Assembly: GCF_963921235.1 (NCBI RefSeq)
Contig: NC_086097.1
Location: forward strand, 184,576,001-184,640,000
DNA: 64,000 nt
Reading direction: 5' to 3'
Source of the DNA: Mobula hypostoma
Lineage: Eukaryota
Below are positions 63,205 through 64,000 of the stretch, one piece after another. The translations under genes were made by a program, and so were the position numbers. The notes beneath the pieces are model-generated. The model searched no databases. It had not been told where the DNA came from and saw only the letters and a list, made by a program, of their open reading frames with translations. How positions within the stretch are numbered: position 1 is the stretch's first letter; each line of letters starts with the position of its first letter.

Positions 63205-63990
63205 CTCAATTGGTACTTTATTTACAAACAGTTGCACTTCAGGGACAAGAGGAGCCTACTTTGCCTCTAAGGTAGACCAACTTCACCAGACCTCTCATAA
63301 TTTCTCAATTCCTTTGCTCCACAATGCTGCTCGATTGCAGCTGGAATGGAGAGCTGTTTGTTCACACATGGCTTGAATACCTTTACCACCGAAGGAAGAC
63401 CATCAGTCAGCATGTAGGCAGGCAGGTGTGCATGGAGTGCTGTGGTGGTTGCAGTCTTCCGACAGGAAATCATGGAGAGTAACCATGTATATCCTGTACA
63501 AAGTTATCACAAGTATACACTTACTAGTTTTGACAAGGTGGGTTGCCTTGGTATGTCAGAAATAGGTCTATATAATTAATTTGCTACATCTGCATTGGTG
63601 CAGTTGATTTTATTGGTCTTATAGGAGGTGGTCTTGTGACTGTTTCTTTATAATAACCCAGACATACTTTACAATTTGAAGCAAATTGCTTACAATCACC
63701 CAACATGTAAGGCCAGCAGAATAACATGGCTAATTTCACATAAGTGGTTCGTCTGCCACCATGATTGTGTCTGAATCCTTGATGGGTTCTCAAATCAGTG
63801 CTTCCCCCTTGTGGAAAGGAGGTATCTTATCTTTTTCAGGGTGGCAGACCCAAACTTTACCTCCACCATCAGCTTCATGTTTGTACCATGCTGGAAATTA
63901 TTTGGAATTCGGTTTAGTCATATCTAGGAGAATTCTTAAAACATCATCCTGGTTATTTTTTATTTGTTACTTAGTTACTACCAAAGCTCT
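63205..63990 (-). pseudogene. pol: Foamy-like retroviral integrase (NED, HHCC, catalytic core), frameshifted
   Basis: GKVWVCHPE..IPP; H...HGGRRTTYVKL..FCWP.M...C..C; QINYI; CTGYTWL; QSSSIVEQRN*EI..GLVKL; K*APLVPEVQL. Confidence 0.8.
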
Positions 63991-64000
63991 GTCACCCTTA

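Larger units (their letters stand above)
47605..64000 (-). mobile_element. Endogenous foamy-like (spumaretrovirus-like) provirus, decayed; continues beyond the window
   Basis: Order on minus strand: integrase, env, ~1.6 kb extra region, PPT, LTR; foamy-like IN and Env motifs; nested TEs removed using their TSDs. Confidence 0.78.

Noticed and set aside
63584..63793. Ginger/GIN or Gypsy integrase, or a domesticated gene
   Set aside because: NED, TGYTWL and the adjacent env favour a foamy-like virus; multiple frameshifts argue against domestication

Overview
This is eukaryotic, TE-dominated, apparently intergenic or intronic DNA. The repeat content (CR1/HER1-type LINEs with esterase ORF1, V-SINEs, Deu-SINE, Rex1/Babar, Penelope-like elements) suggests a cartilaginous fish, probably a ray; that assignment is inference. 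No intact host protein-coding gene is recognisable, and most ORFs in the track are TE debris. The main hidden structure is a decayed, heavily invaded endogenous foamy-like (spumaretrovirus-like) provirus on the minus strand from 47605 to beyond the window end. Once about ten nested TEs are subtracted, it reads: integrase with a foamy-type N-terminal extension, env SU and TM remnants ending in a membrane anchor, about 1.6 kb of putative accessory-gene space, a polypurine tract, and a 3' LTR with perfect TGTGATGG/CCATCACA ends. Two more copies of that LTR lie at 8479-9351 and 22055-22446. The window also holds many Penelope-borne minimal hammerhead ribozymes, a head-to-head inverted Penelope insertion, tiny hammerhead-only insertions with TSDs, a multi-level CR1 nest, and Gypsy remnants. 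Comparisons to prototype foamy virus (PFV) proteins are from memory and need confirmation by search. Boundaries without a stated TSD are approximate.
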